A DNA stretch of 62,729 nucleotides, counting the filler, from Ionaspis alba (Eukaryota), in the NCBI GenBank assembly GCA_964255285.1. It is 5 parts of 5 records of this genome, joined end to end, with 100 filler letters (N's around TTAATTAATTAA, not from the genome) between each part and the next. Parts side by side here need not be neighbours in the genome. Positions count along the whole stretch, not along the records: positions 12,621 to 25,113 come from CAXUUL010000506.1; 4 more parts are not named here. One strand, written 5' to 3'. Numbering within the stretch: position 1 is the first letter of the stretch; every line of letters starts with the position of its first letter. The position numbers were made by a program, and so were the translations under genes. This document shows positions 12,621 through 25,213 of the stretch, piece by piece. A model generated the notes under the pieces. That model saw only the letters and a list, made by a program, of their open reading frames with translations, was not told the origin of the DNA and did no database searches.

Positions 12621-14604
12621 GCGGGGGGGGTGTTGGGGGCGGTTTTGGGGTGTGGGGGGGGAGGAGGGGGGAATGGAACATGTTTGGAAGTGAGGGGTTA
12701 AGGGGTTGATCGGCTTGTGAGGTAGGGACGGTTTTGGTTTTGTGAGTGGAGGGTTGGTAGAGACGGATATGTTGCCGAGGAAGGGATTGATTGTGATTGT
12801 TTTGAGGTCAAAGGGGACGTGGTCTTGTGGTGCGCGAGTGGATAGAAAGAGATGGATGATGCTTTGAGACGAGGGCTTTTCCTTTCTTGAGATACCGACT
12901 GTTTGGGCTTTTGTTGTGATATCGTGTTATCTCCGACAATGTTGACGATATGGAAGGGCGCATCACTATCATGTTTAGTTTCATACATGCGTCATCTCCC
13001 TATGGATTTTGCTAGTTATACTCTTGATGTCTATAGGATGGTTCTCGAAACTATGGGAGGGGAGCTCCTACATCTGGTGCGTGGAGGAGTGATAATGGCC
13101 AAGCTGTCAAGTACATGGTTTGGATGGTTTCTCGAAATTTTGGAGACGAGGCCCTCAATTTTTGGGGTTTGGAGGAGCGCCATCAGCGAAGGCGTGGAAA
13201 CCATAAATTCGGAAGTATGTCTTGGAGATCCTTCGCTTCTTTGCGCCACAGCTAGACTGTGTGTTGTCCAGAGCCCATTTCGCCGCGGAAACCACGTAGA
13301 ATGCGTAGCCGTGACTGTCGATAGTCCTCCTTAACTTGGTATCCATCACAGAGAGACTTGAATCTCCATTCTCAGATTTATCCCTTCCGACGGCAAGACC
13401 TTCTCATTATAGATCTGCATGGTACTTCGTGGAGAGCGTCTGCTGTTTTCTCTCGATATTGTGTATTGACATTCTTCTGTGTAGGCGGCGTTCTCGTGCT
13501 GTGCCCTATTCTGGAGACTTTCGCAAAAAGCCACAACCACCTTCGCCACCGTCAATTAGCTGTGAAGACCCGCAATATATCACGACAGTCGAGAGCTCCA
13601 TGCTTGGGCATCAGGAGGCCCGCAACGGTAAAGGTAAAGTCAATTGACCGTCCAGATGTCTTCGAGAGGTCTCTTCCGCTCGGCGATGTATGTATCGTTC
13701 ATTGAGTGTGCCTAAGCGCACCCATTCTCCCCAAAAGCAGATGTCGAGTAGTAGGAGAGCGTAGTCTCACAAAAGGAAGCTAAAATGAGTCTCGAGGACC
13801 AAAAGGTCAGGCTTGTATGCTGATAGTCAATGACCCCTTCTCCTGAAGCAAGCATTTGATCGCGACGCCTGAGCAGGAACATCTTAGCTAGGTATCAGAG
13901 AGACCAGTCTAGGTCGCTGATAAGAGGCTTGAGGTGAACGGCGATAGACCATAGACCACGACATGTTCTATACCATACTGCAGAGCAGGGAAAGAGGTTC
14001 TCTACCAACACGCATAGGTTGCTATAGGGCCCAAGTAGGCTGAGTGCCTTGAAGGATGCCGGTTGCAACATTTTCCATACTCTATAACGCAGAGGATAGA
14101 ATTGGCGATGTCTACCATGACTCAAACCTGAGGGTAGACAACAGTGCGGACACGGCCGATGCTCTATAAAGACGCTTGAATAGGGGTACTAGGAGCCGCA
14201 ACCGGCGGCAAATCTGATTGCCCGTATTGGCGCCTTTGGGTGACTGCTTTCCCTCTTAGCCATCTCTCCAATGCTCTTTCCATCCTCGACACTTCGTCGC
14301 ACATTACAGGCATCCATCAGAAGTAGAGTACTGGACTTGGAAGCATGCATTTCTTCTATGAGAGTAAGTACAATCGAAGGACTACCAAGTCAAAAACAAC
14401 TTTTGCCCATGCTTGCAGTAACATCCCCTCTTCGTCAGTGTTTTAAGCTAAAGGCAAGTGTTCGGTGACCGGAAAATGCAATGTATAGCATTTGAGACAA
14501 TATCTGTGATAGCATCACTAACTTTTTTCTTCCTGATAGAATCAATTCTTGCAATATCGTCTCATTTAATGCTCATGGCATGTCTCTTAAATATTTCTTA
14601 CACC

Positions 14605-14885
14605 TCATGCTTGTCGTCCAAGGGATTGACGCCATAAAATCCAAGCCATTCTTGCCCGGCCATGTTCCTCGGGTGACCACGGTGACGAGTTTCTTCCGAT
14701 TTTTCCAAAGATATTAGCATACGTGGTCGACTCTTCGTCGGGAGGTTGCCTCAACCATGTCTCCAACATGGCACGTGATGGCTCGACTTCAGCCGTTATT
14801 GTCGCAGCTACGGAAGCCTGTGAAAGAATTAGCTTGACCAAGTATGATTGAAATGTTATCAACCTACGTTCCCGTTCGATGCCAT
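14605..14885 (-). CDS. Putative 76-aa orphan protein (2 coding exons)
   Basis: aaaATGG start at 14885, exon MASNGN, a 50-nt intron 14867-14818 (GTAGGT..GCTAAT..CACAG), then ASVAATITAEVEPSRAMLETWLRQPP...ARMAWILWRQSLGRQA*. A possible 5'UTR intron lies at 15130-15012. Confidence 0.5.
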
Positions 14886-15288
14886 TTTCCGTTTCAATTT
14901 GATGTGCCGCAATCCTCGTGTACAAGAGTGGAAGGTGACGACGCGAGAGAATGTCGATGGTGTTAATGAACGGAACGAAGTCGAGTGAGTGGTTGAGGAG
15001 CAAGGGCAGCTCTATACTATCGTCAGATCATCATCCCGGAAACAAAGTTGCTGTGACAGGGACACAGGAGGTGGTTGCCAACAAGCCATCTCTTCAGAGT
15101 GTCTACTGCCACCCACATCTAGGGACTCACAGTGGGAAGATCTTAGAGACTCGAGTGCAAGACTGTTGTGACGGCTAGCACAATTGTTGTTTGGATAAAA
15201 GATGATACAGTCTCGGGAGGAAAGAGTGGTGGGAGGTTGAAGATAAATGCCTCCCTATAAATAGGTGCTATGAACAGCGACAGGGGCA

Positions 15289-15630
15289 CGCGTCAAGACT
15301 TCAGAAGAAGAGCGCGATGGGACAAAACAAAAACAGGGAGACTTCTTCATGGCCTATTGAATAGATTGAGGTGACAGCAAATTGGAAAGGAGACGTGTTC
15401 TAAGACTGAGAAAGAAAAGCGCGATGTAACAAATCCAAAAAAGGGAGGCTTCGTCGTGGCCTATGGAATGGATTGAAGTAACAGCAAGCTGGAAAAAGGA
15501 CGTGTTTTAAAACTGAGGAAAAAGAGCGCGATGTAGCAAAATAGGAAAAGAGGAGACCTCTTCATAGCCTATGGAATGGATTGAGGTGACAGCAAGCTGG
15601 AAGAGACGTGTTCTGAAACCGAGGAAAACG
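15289..15630. repeat. Degenerate 107-bp tandem repeat, about 3 copies
   Basis: AGCGCGATG anchors at 15311, 15418 and 15525. Units share GCCTATKGAATRGATTGARGTRACAGCAA and GACGTGTT. Confidence 0.9.
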
Positions 15631-18600
15631 AAGTTGCTCGACAAAGGCATCGAGTTGGTGTGAACGAAGTAAGGTTCCGTCCAATTATTCATGGGCGGAG
15701 CCAAAACACCATCTTCCGGAGCATTGGCCATGATCAGAGTCGAGTCTCTAGTCTGAGCAGGCTTGCCATCCATGCAGTCTGCTCGTTTCGTGTGCGGTCA
15801 ACCTTAGTGGAGAAGAGACTGTATGAAGATGTTCCCACCACGGTCCGATTCCATGCAGGAAGATAGCAATTCTCTGGCCAGTCGGAACCCAGACTATCGT
15901 TTCCAGGGCTTATTGACATCAGGGGTCTGACTAGTCCTTCGTCTAATAGGTGTTCTTTGGCGTTGCCGCTTAAATAATACATCACATTCCATTTTCTACG
16001 GCAACACTTCCCTTGTGAAATTCTGGAATACGACTTCTGCAGACGGCAAGCGTCGACTATGCTGACTGTGGCTGGAAGGGCAAGAGGATTAGTAGACTAA
16101 AGACAAGAGGATCGGTAAACGAAAAGCAAGAGGATCGGCAGAACGGGCCCTCCTGAGTCCAGTCAATTGGCTAGCTTTCTATACCTAAGAGCAAGGGTTT
16201 GCAGTTGACTATACGTTTCACGGAGGACCTTAAGAAGCATTACTCAAGACCTTGGCTTACCTTGACGCCCTTATGACTTGCCACAATATGCGTGAACAAC
16301 TGGCCAACCCTTTATCAGACTGGAGAGCGAGAGATCGTCAAAGTCAAAAAAGATATCAAAATAATAGTCTCTCGAGTAGACCATTCACCAAGGTCTTCAG
16401 GGTAGGCAGACTACGTATAAATCTCGCTACGACAATTGGGCTGCACTACTCCCGTTTGGTATAATTTGGTAGAGCCGCACTACTCGCTCGCCTTATTTTA
16501 TTGCCTTAAAAGGGCGTATCGTGCTTTCTCCGCTTGCCCAGACTTCTTCTTAGGTCTAATTGTCTTATGTCTAAGGCACGGGAACGCGCTGCGCCGGGGA
16601 CTACAAATGGAAATTGGAAACCAACGACATCTTGTCAGTCCAAGGATGTAACAAGAACGACGGCATATGAGGACAAGCTTTGTTCTTCCTACCGTCGATC
16701 CTCCGATCTTTCGAGTCAAAAATCTCTCTGTGCGGCTTGCAAGCCCAAATCGTCTGATAAACAGGACAGTGGCTCACCCTATTCCTTCACGACATGTACA
16801 GCATCGCGGCTATGAGGGCATTGTGACGACCTATCAACGGTCTTCTATTTGGCCGTGGGGAGAGCCCTGTACATAAGCTCGAGGGCTGAGAAAATCAAAT
16901 CCGGTAATTGGGGTTCAAGACTATCGCGGCATAGTCACGAAGACAAAGCAGCCTTCAGCAGATATGAAGTGTAGTGGACAGTGGTGGAAACAAAAGATCG
17001 CATATCATTGTCGACGAATCACCGCCTATTGGACATTGCACAATCTAATCATTCACTACACCAATGTCGGGCACACTGGTTAGTGCGGCATAGCGGCTTC
17101 AAATCAGTTCCTTGCACAAGCATCCGGGTGGACTCCACCTCTCGATGTGCGCTTGGCTCAATTGCATGTACGAACTCCTTCATAATGCCAGGGGATGACG
17201 CGAAGGTTTGGTGATGACGGGGTTGGATTTTGCTCCATGGAGCGGGCGCGCCAGCGAAAACCCCTGTCAATAATGCGGGAGGTCTACGCCTTTGATGTGC
17301 TGGTGGCTGCCTAGAACAAGGACCCCCTCCCATCCCTACCGCTCGGGTTCAAGATTGCCAGTCGTGCCAGTTCCAATCTTGACGCTACGGACCGATCGCC
17401 GCAGCGATGTGTAGGATACCAGTGATTCTCCAGGCATTCTCCAGGGATAACCTGGCGTGAGTTATAATGCGAGCCCACCTCCGTTATACACAATTGCCAG
17501 ATATTATTATGTTCAGCTTGTGGAAGACGATCGAAGCATGACAGGATTTTTATTCCATCAAAATCCGTCAAGGTTTGCAATATCCCCGCTTCGTGTTATC
17601 TTCTTTGTCAAAAAATGTATAATATACATAAATTTACGTAGTCTCCGAGCTTGTAGGTCAACTAACCAAACATATTCATGGGCGAGGCTGACAGTCAATA
17701 TAGAACAAGGATAGGTTTTGAATGACGCAGAAATGCTTGATTAATATTACGTCAAGCATTATGATGTACTTCTTTAGTGGCAGCAGCAGTATCCCCCGAA
17801 CACAACGGCCGCTCGACATATACAGCAGGGTATAGGTGTGGGCTGAACACTGCTAGCATGGGCCGTTCCGGGTTCCAAGCAAGCTCCTCGATTCTCTTTT
17901 CTCGACAGGAACTGCAGTGTCGGAAAAACATCCCTACTAGAAGTGTTCAGTCCGTATCTACAACCTATTGTATTGCCGATTATGCACCTGCAAAATTCTC
18001 TATAGATTTCTCTCCTCGGTCATGCTTGCACTTGTTTCGGCTCACGCTATGCTCGGCCCGGGCTCGGCCCGGGAGATGTTTCTCGACAAGCAACCTACGG
18101 GCCCAGGAACGTCTCCCGGGATAAGAAAAAGAAAATACCGCATCGGAGGGCAGCTAGCGTCCCCGTACGAGGAAGAAAGAGCAAAGCGTACCATCCTGGA
18201 AACCATACCTACATACAGACTTCCTAGTCGTGGGCCACTGAAAGAGAGAAACGCGGTTGTAGTGAACGCTTCACGCTCGACGAGGTCGATGGAATCGCAA
18301 GGGTTCGTCACTCATACCACCGATCTCTCGTCTGAATCCTCAGATCTACTCATTGATTAGCCGCGCATACTCGCCATGTTCATCCTCCTAAGTCGTGATA
18401 TCGGTATAGGATGGAGTTTCACAAGATAGGCAGCGTCAGAAATGATACCTGCCCAAACCATCTAACGTTCTCAACCATCGTACACAGCGCCTGCAAGACC
18501 AGTATGCAATGACAACCTGCATGTTTGAGATTGCTTCTCTCTTGGCAAACCAGCGGCAGCCCCTTGCCTCTACTCCAGACCACTGATCCAACCTGCAGAT

Positions 18601-20006
18601 GCATCCAGAACGTGTTAAATGAGGCTGGCTTCGCGGTGTCAGCAATTGGAGGCTTAATGGCCCTGCTGCATATGGGCCGCATGCAGGCAGCGGCACCTTG
18701 CAGAACAGGGCTTGGATGTGACGTTGCCCTCCCGAAAACATAGCAGCAGTTTACACACCGAAGTAGTTTTGCGGACGATGTGAGATGAGAAGGAAGAGAT
18801 CGAGATCTACATCGATACCAGTGAAAGAGACTTCATCTTCTTGCTCTTCTCCCCTTTTCCCCCAGTTCCATCTCCTTCGGTTTCTCTAGCTTTCTTATGA
18901 GTCCGTTGATGCTGTGGTTTGGCGTCACCAGACAGCCAATCTACATAGCGCTTAGATTCTCGCCGTTGACGACTCAATCATCAGCTATTTTTATTTGTGT
19001 TTGCGGACCGTTCGCCAGAATATATATCGTAAGTCAGGAAACGCGACTCTTATGTCTAAGAACAAGGATAAGCATACTGGCATAGAGATGGGTCTACATG
19101 GATCACGGACTTCTTTCTTCGGTAAAGGCGAGGTCACGGAGCTTATGTTACTCTTGCCGAAAGCACTCACAGATGTTCGAAGTCGCGGCTCCTCAGAGCA
19201 ATCACAAAAGACGGTCTCTCCTCGCCGAGCGACATGGTCAACCCATGGTTTAGGTATACTGCTGCTATTCATCCTCACGGTACGCCTTAGGGCAAGAAGC
19301 TCAGGTAGATCACATCACAAGGGGCTTGGCAAAGACTAGTGCCCGCGACTAGTCCTTGTATTTAGTCTACTTTTAGTCTGAGATGAACATGCAGAGATAC
19401 ATACCACAGCGAATACACACCTTTACTGACTGGAATACGTGACCGTGCTCTAATAGTACGCAATGTCCTATGCTTACTCTTATTAAATAGCTAATGCCGA
19501 GCCACATACACTCGAGCCCAAACACCTACATAAGCTTGAAGGACTATCACCCTTCAAGTGGATGACTGCCAGTATTATGTGCGGCTTGAAGAGTTCCTTC
19601 CCAATCATGTCGTCGTTTATTTTCACGAGCTCCGAGCCTACGAATTCATCGGTAGCCCCAATAACTCCTGGGTAGCCTTGATCTGCCGTGTCCACGGTCT
19701 ACTGGACCAGTCCCTTCTGCTACCAGTTTTACCTCATCACCACACTGTTTGAGCGTGTATTTCCTTGCAAGCTGTTATCCAACGCGTCTGCGATTGAGTC
19801 TTGAATGCCGCATTCGTCCATCTCTGTGGTTCGTGCTGACTTTTCTTTGTTGTCCAATGTCTTTGAAGTGGATTTAGATCGCTCAATCATTTCAAAGCTC
19901 GTACACTCTAAGATTTAGAAAGTGCTCCTGCCTAACGTTTCTGATCATTGAGTTATTTCCCCTGCGAAACTAGTACTAATCATCTTTCGGCTGGGCTTAC
20001 GATACT

Positions 20007-21188
20007 ATGGCTTCGCCGTTCCTTGACGATCTACTCAAGGATATCCAGAAAAACTACGGCGATGACCCCAATGTTTATCCGAACGATCTAACTGTCGATC
20101 TGAATCCAATGCTTGTTCGTGCTCGATGGCCGGGTATAAACGACCATATGTGGAGCCTTCTCTTGCCAGTTCTGCGTCTCGCTTCAGCTATGCTTAGTAC
20201 TCACGCTAGCTTTCTATTTCTTTATTCCGTGATCAATGCAAAACGAGCCTACGACTGGCCTCTCTCGACGAAGTATCACGCCAACATTGCCATGATAGGA
20301 CGTCTCGATCCCTACGACCACCTTGACCAGTCCATTTCAGATGTCCGGAATGAGTATGAGGCATGCCTGAGACTCTTCGCAAAGTACGTCGAATGGAAAG
20401 TGACACTCAGTAGTGATCCTGGTTGGCAGAATGCTGGTCATTACGGCATAACAAACAGTATACCAGAGAGGGCTACATACTTTCACAATTATCGCCGCCG
20501 TGGTCATGATGGATGTGGATGCAATGTGTACTTGAATAGTTCAAGACTAGAAATGCTCGAAGAGCTGCGAAAGAAGCCGACTGACTTCAGGACAATCAGT
20601 GCCACACTACGGGTGCAATTCATGCTCGCTGTCACCGTCTGTCATGAACTGGTCCACGTTGTTAATCGCGCAGCCCATGGAGATCCGTATGAGCCTTTCT
20701 GGGAAGACCATAACTTGGCCGAATTAGGTCGTTCGTGGGAGCAAGAGATGTTCGGCGGCACACCTTGGCAGTACCCACACAACTACGATTATCTATACTT
20801 GGTGAAGTGGCCTATGATAGACGAGCGTGCAAGGGCAGAAGTCCTTATGGCTGAACGAGCGGCTTCGAAAGGTACTTCTACCTTTTATTCACTTTTTATG
20901 CCATACATTACGAGGATCTCTTCGCAGGCGTTCTGGGACACCTATACCCCTACCCTCGATGATTCTCTACTGAAGATTCCCAAGATTTCTGGGCAGCGAA
21001 TTCCGGCGAAAGGGTCATTGAATCCAAATTGGAGGGCATCTCAATCTAGCGAAGGGAGATGGCCAGTAGATGCCAGAGGGTATGTCTCTAGACCCATGAC
21101 AAGAGCAGCAGTGGTACAGAATCCAGTCCGACATCGTTATCCAAGCCGATCCGAATCATCAAATACGACCGGATCATCTGGATCTTAA
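20007..21188 (+). CDS. Hypothetical protein with HEXXH zinc-metalloprotease-like motif
   Basis: Uninterrupted 393-aa ORF containing LAVTVCHELVH..EPFW..AELGRSWEQEMFGG. No obvious signal peptide. Confidence 0.75.
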   Translation: MASPFLDDLLKDIQKNYGDDPNVYPNDLTVDLNPMLVRARWPGINDHMWSLLLPVLRLASAMLSTHASFLFLYSVINAKRAYDWPLSTKYHANIAMIGRLDPYDHLDQSISDVRNEYEACLRLFAKYVEWKVTLSSDPGWQNAGHYGITNSIPERATYFHNYRRRGHDGCGCNVYLNSSRLEMLEELRKKPTDFRTISATLRVQFMLAVTVCHELVHVVNRAAHGDPYEPFWEDHNLAELGRSWEQEMFGGTPWQYPHNYDYLYLVKWPMIDERARAEVLMAERAASKGTSTFYSLFMPYITRISSQAFWDTYTPTLDDSLLKIPKISGQRIPAKGSLNPNWRASQSSEGRWPVDARGYVSRPMTRAAVVQNPVRHRYPSRSESSNTTGSSGS

Positions 21189-22097
21189 CAAGCGATGCTC
21201 ATACCCAAATCATAGTTTTCTAGAACTCGTTTGCAGACTAATGTGATTGGCGCGAGATCTTCATCACACATTTGATCGAAGTATGAGTTCATTAGATATA
21301 AATGCAGCATCAGTATATGCAAACAATTGCGCGACCCAAAGCATGAGCTTTGAGCGTTTCCAGCTTGAATCGCGACTGATTTGTGATCTCGATAGTGTGG
21401 AATGTCGTACGTGGTCGCAGCGATAACATTAATAGACAGGGGCTTTCGATGTCGACCTCCACTGCCTAAGACTCAAAACTCAAGCAGAGACTGGTACCAT
21501 CATCGAGGCAGAAGGTTACATCTTTGGATAACAAAGCATCTGGTGCATTTCCTATAGTGTGGTAGCAGTGCAGGTCCGTTTTCCTTCGATCTTCGAGGTC
21601 TGGATTGTAGGCCTGGAGAACAAGCATCTTTAGTCACGGTGTGTGGTTCTGGCCTACCCGTAAGTAGAGCTGAATAGGAGAAAAGCCACGAGTATTTGGG
21701 TTCTTACGAGCAGTACATTATTGTCCCCAGTCTTTTGTTCAACCAAGCTCCCCTACACATGCGTTGTGTGTAGCCAAGTTTTATGCAACACTATAGTAAT
21801 TATGAAATTCTTGGCATCACAAACAATGAATAGAGAGCATTCCTTGTCGTTCTCACTTACTCACCTGCTCTCTACCTCTCCAATTCTTCTTTCCGTACCC
21901 TTCAGTCAAATAATTCGAGTCGGTCCCAAGTCGTGAAGCTTGTTGTCGTCAGACTTGGCTGTTCCCTCAAAAAGCCTTTGATCGAGAACAGGCAGCATAA
22001 GCTTTCGTCGTTGACTTTTCGCCGTCGACGATTTCCCCCGTGGACATCCGCTCGAACTCGTTCGATCCTCGAGATATTTCCGTGACTTTGACTAGTC

Positions 22098-24454
22098 ATG
22101 GCTGCTACCACACAATTTGCATGTCAGTAATTTCGTCACCAAGGTCCTACGGCGCTTTGTTAAGTCACAATGGTTCGAGTGCTGACTCGAGTGCGACAGA
22201 TCGAACGCTGAAGGGTATCGGGGTCATTGATGCTACTCCTGTCTATGAGAACCTGCCTGGTTTCCAAAGGTCCGATTAGGCGTGCTAAGCCCTTGAGAAA
22301 ATTAGCACCCATGAAGCTTATGTTGTAAACCCTAGGCCTGAAGGAAATCTCCGATGCTGCGCCTATTCTCCTTGTGGACGATACTTTGCCTGGGCATCAC
22401 CGGAAAAGTGAGTCACAAAGGCTTCTAATACTGGCTGGTAGCTGATACTCTTAGTGTGACCGTCGTTGACGCCTCGGTTGGTCACGTTATAACGTCGCTC
22501 AAAGCTCAGAACGTTCATGAGCTGGGTTTCTCGCCCTTAGGGAGCTTCCTCATCACATGGCAGCGTCCTTCCAAAGACGACAATGGCGACGCGGTCAAAA
22601 ACCTTAAGGTCTGGAGGGTCATAGAGGGCAATGGTCCCGATGGAAATGACGAGCACAATGTCGTTGGGAGGTTCGTGCAGAAATCCCAGACTGGTTGGAA
22701 TCTGCAGTACACCTATGACGAAACATATTGCGCTCGGGTCGTGACCAATGAAGTCCAGTTCTACAAGAGCGGTGACTTAGGGACCGTCTGGAACAAGCTT
22801 CGCGCCGAAGGGGTGTCAGACTTTGCGATTTCTCCTGGCAAGAATCACTCTATCGCTGTCTTCATTCCCGAGCGGAAGGTAGAATAATATCGATCGTCCT
22901 TCATCCTACTTTCGCTGATCTTCCAAGGGTCAACCGGCGGCAGTCAAAGTCTTCAATGTGCCAAATTTCGACAATGCAGTATCTCAGAAGAATTTCTTCA
23001 AGGGCGACAAAGTTCAATTGAAGTGGAACTCTGAAGGGTCGAGCCTTATTGTACTAGCACAGACAGATGTAGACAAATCCAACAAGAGCTACTACGGAGA
23101 GACGGCACTATATTTAATGAGCGTGAATGGTGGCTTCGACTCCAGAATCGATCTAGGTGAGTTTTGAGCTTTATTTCTTTGTGGTGTCTCGCTCATGAGT
23201 GTAGATAAGGAAGGGTCTATACACGACATAACTTGGTCACCGAATTCGAAAGAATTTGGCGTGGTTTATGGCTACATGCCTGCCAAGACGACCATTTTCA
23301 ACAACAGAGCGGAAGCCGGGCATACTTTCCCACTTGCATTTCGGAACACCATTCTCTTCTCTCCACACGGCCGCTTCGTCATCGTTGCGGGGTTTGGCAA
23401 CATCTCTGGGGGACAAATGGACATCTACGATCTAGAAAAGGACTATCAAAAAGTTTGCACTGTTGAGGCTGGCAACCCCAGTGTCTGTGAATGGAGTCCG
23501 GATGGCAAGCACATACTCACTGCAACCACAAGCCCACGGCTCAGGGTTGATAATGGTGTACGAATATGGCATGTAGGTGGAGGATTGATGTATAACGAAG
23601 ATCTACAGGAACTATATCACGTCGCTTGGCGGCCCCAGCCCACTGCTAGCCATCCGTTGGGAGATCCGCTGTCCCAAGTCCCTACACCCCACGCTTCCGC
23701 TCTAGCCTACCTCGGAACTGTCAAGACACCATCGAAACCAGCAGGAGCATATCGCCCTCCAGGGGCGAGAGGGACTCCGACACCGCTCGCGTTTATGAGC
23801 GAGGCACATGGTGGTGCAGCGTACGTCAGCAATGGTGTCAATGGGTTCGCAAAACCACGCAGACGAGAGGTTCCTGGTGCTGAAGCTGCCAGTGAGGAAT
23901 TTCCACCAACTGCGACGGCAGCTGATGGAGACGAGAATCTTTCGAAGGCTGCGGTCAAGAACAAGAAGAAACGGGAAGCCAAGAAAGCTAAAGAAGCAGC
24001 AGAAAAGGCTGCAGGCTTGACTCCAGCCACGGGTTCTTCCCCTGCCGCAGCAGCTTCAGGGACAGCAAGAAGCCCGGAAAGGAGAGATAGAAGGAGCCAC
24101 GAGAGGAACAGGTCGAGGACTGACAGCGAATTACGACCTCGGTCTCAGCAGGGGAGGAAAGACCAGAAAGAGAAGCCTAAAGCAGGACCTCCAAAAGCCA
24201 CCGTGGCTACAAATGGTGTCACCACCGAGACCAAGTCTCCTGCTACGGCTGCTCCTGATCTAACAGTGACTTCGCCTGGCGGGGGCACGCCTCAAGAAAA
24301 GAAAATTAGAGCTCTGACGAAAAAGCTTCGTGCCATTGATGACTTGAAAATGCGACGTGCAGGCGGAGAGACATTGGAGGCAACGCAAATCAAGAAGATG
24401 GACACTGAAGACAGTGTTCGCAGAGAACTTGAGGCATTAGGTTGGACTGACTAG
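22098..24454 (+). CDS. eIF2A: Eukaryotic translation initiation factor 2A (beta-propeller), 6 exons
   Basis: Motifs KSNKSYYGET, VVYGYMPAKTT, LTATTSPRLRVDNG and a C-terminal KKIRALTKKLRAIDDLK. Introns 22123-22199, 22270-22335, 22408-22454, 22879-22927 and 23157-23204. Confidence 0.95.
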
Positions 24455-25113
24455 GACGAGATCATCCAGATCTTCGTCGACATTCCCTTCCGCGACGACC
24501 AGCGGAGGAGAATCTATTATAAAGGGATCTAGACGGTAGTAGCCCAAAGTATTAGCTTGCCTACATTGGAAAGGCTGCTCCTCGTTGCGCATAGAATAGA
24601 CTAGCTACTAATGCATTCAAGTGCCTACATCGCATCACGTCGTCATTGGTTCTTGTCTTTGCTTGACTATCGGGTCCAGCTAATTAGTGCCAGCCGCAGC
24701 AAAAGCCACGGTCTCTACCATCCTGCTCTGTCCCAAACATATCGCCAACCACACATGACCGTCTCAAATGCAAGTTTCGCACCATCTTCGCTTCTTTGGA
24801 TTCTCCGGCCTGTCAACCGGCTGTGTTTTTGTCTCGGATGTCGCAGTCTCGTCTGAAGCTACTCGAAGTTCAGTCCAATTTTGTTCAATCAATTCATTGC
24901 ATATCCGATTGATCACCTTGAAAGGCTCGGCGACCCTGGAATGCTCGGAACATCTCATAATCTTTCTCTTCTACTGCCTTGATGACAGAATTGAGCCTGG
25001 GTGCTGCTGTTAGCCTTCGGCACTTTTCGATATTCCGTCCCATACAGTTTTGAGACACTATGCTTACCTGTCTCCGGCTCTCAGCGTTCGCTGAAGACTT
25101 TTTGCCAGAGCCT

Positions 25114-25213
25114 NNNNNNNNNNNNNNNNNNNNNNNNNNNNNNNNNNNNNNNNNNNNTTAATTAATTAANNNNNNNNNNNNNNNNNNNNNNNNNNNNNNN
25201 NNNNNNNNNNNNN
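25114..25213. other. Artificial scaffold linker
   Basis: N44-TTAATTAATTAA-N44. Confidence 0.97.

Noticed and set aside
12621..12705. G-rich tract, or possible gene start MFHSPLLPP on the - strand
   Set aside because: At a scaffold edge and too short to call; G-runs commonly mark assembly breaks.
16000..19900. Many short ORFs and an 11-bp doublet GCTCGGCCCGG at 18051
   Set aside because: No recognisable motifs and no consistent splice model.
24890..25113. Intron-like signal on the - strand suggesting a gene 3' end
   Set aside because: Reading frame is ambiguous and truncated by the scaffold end.
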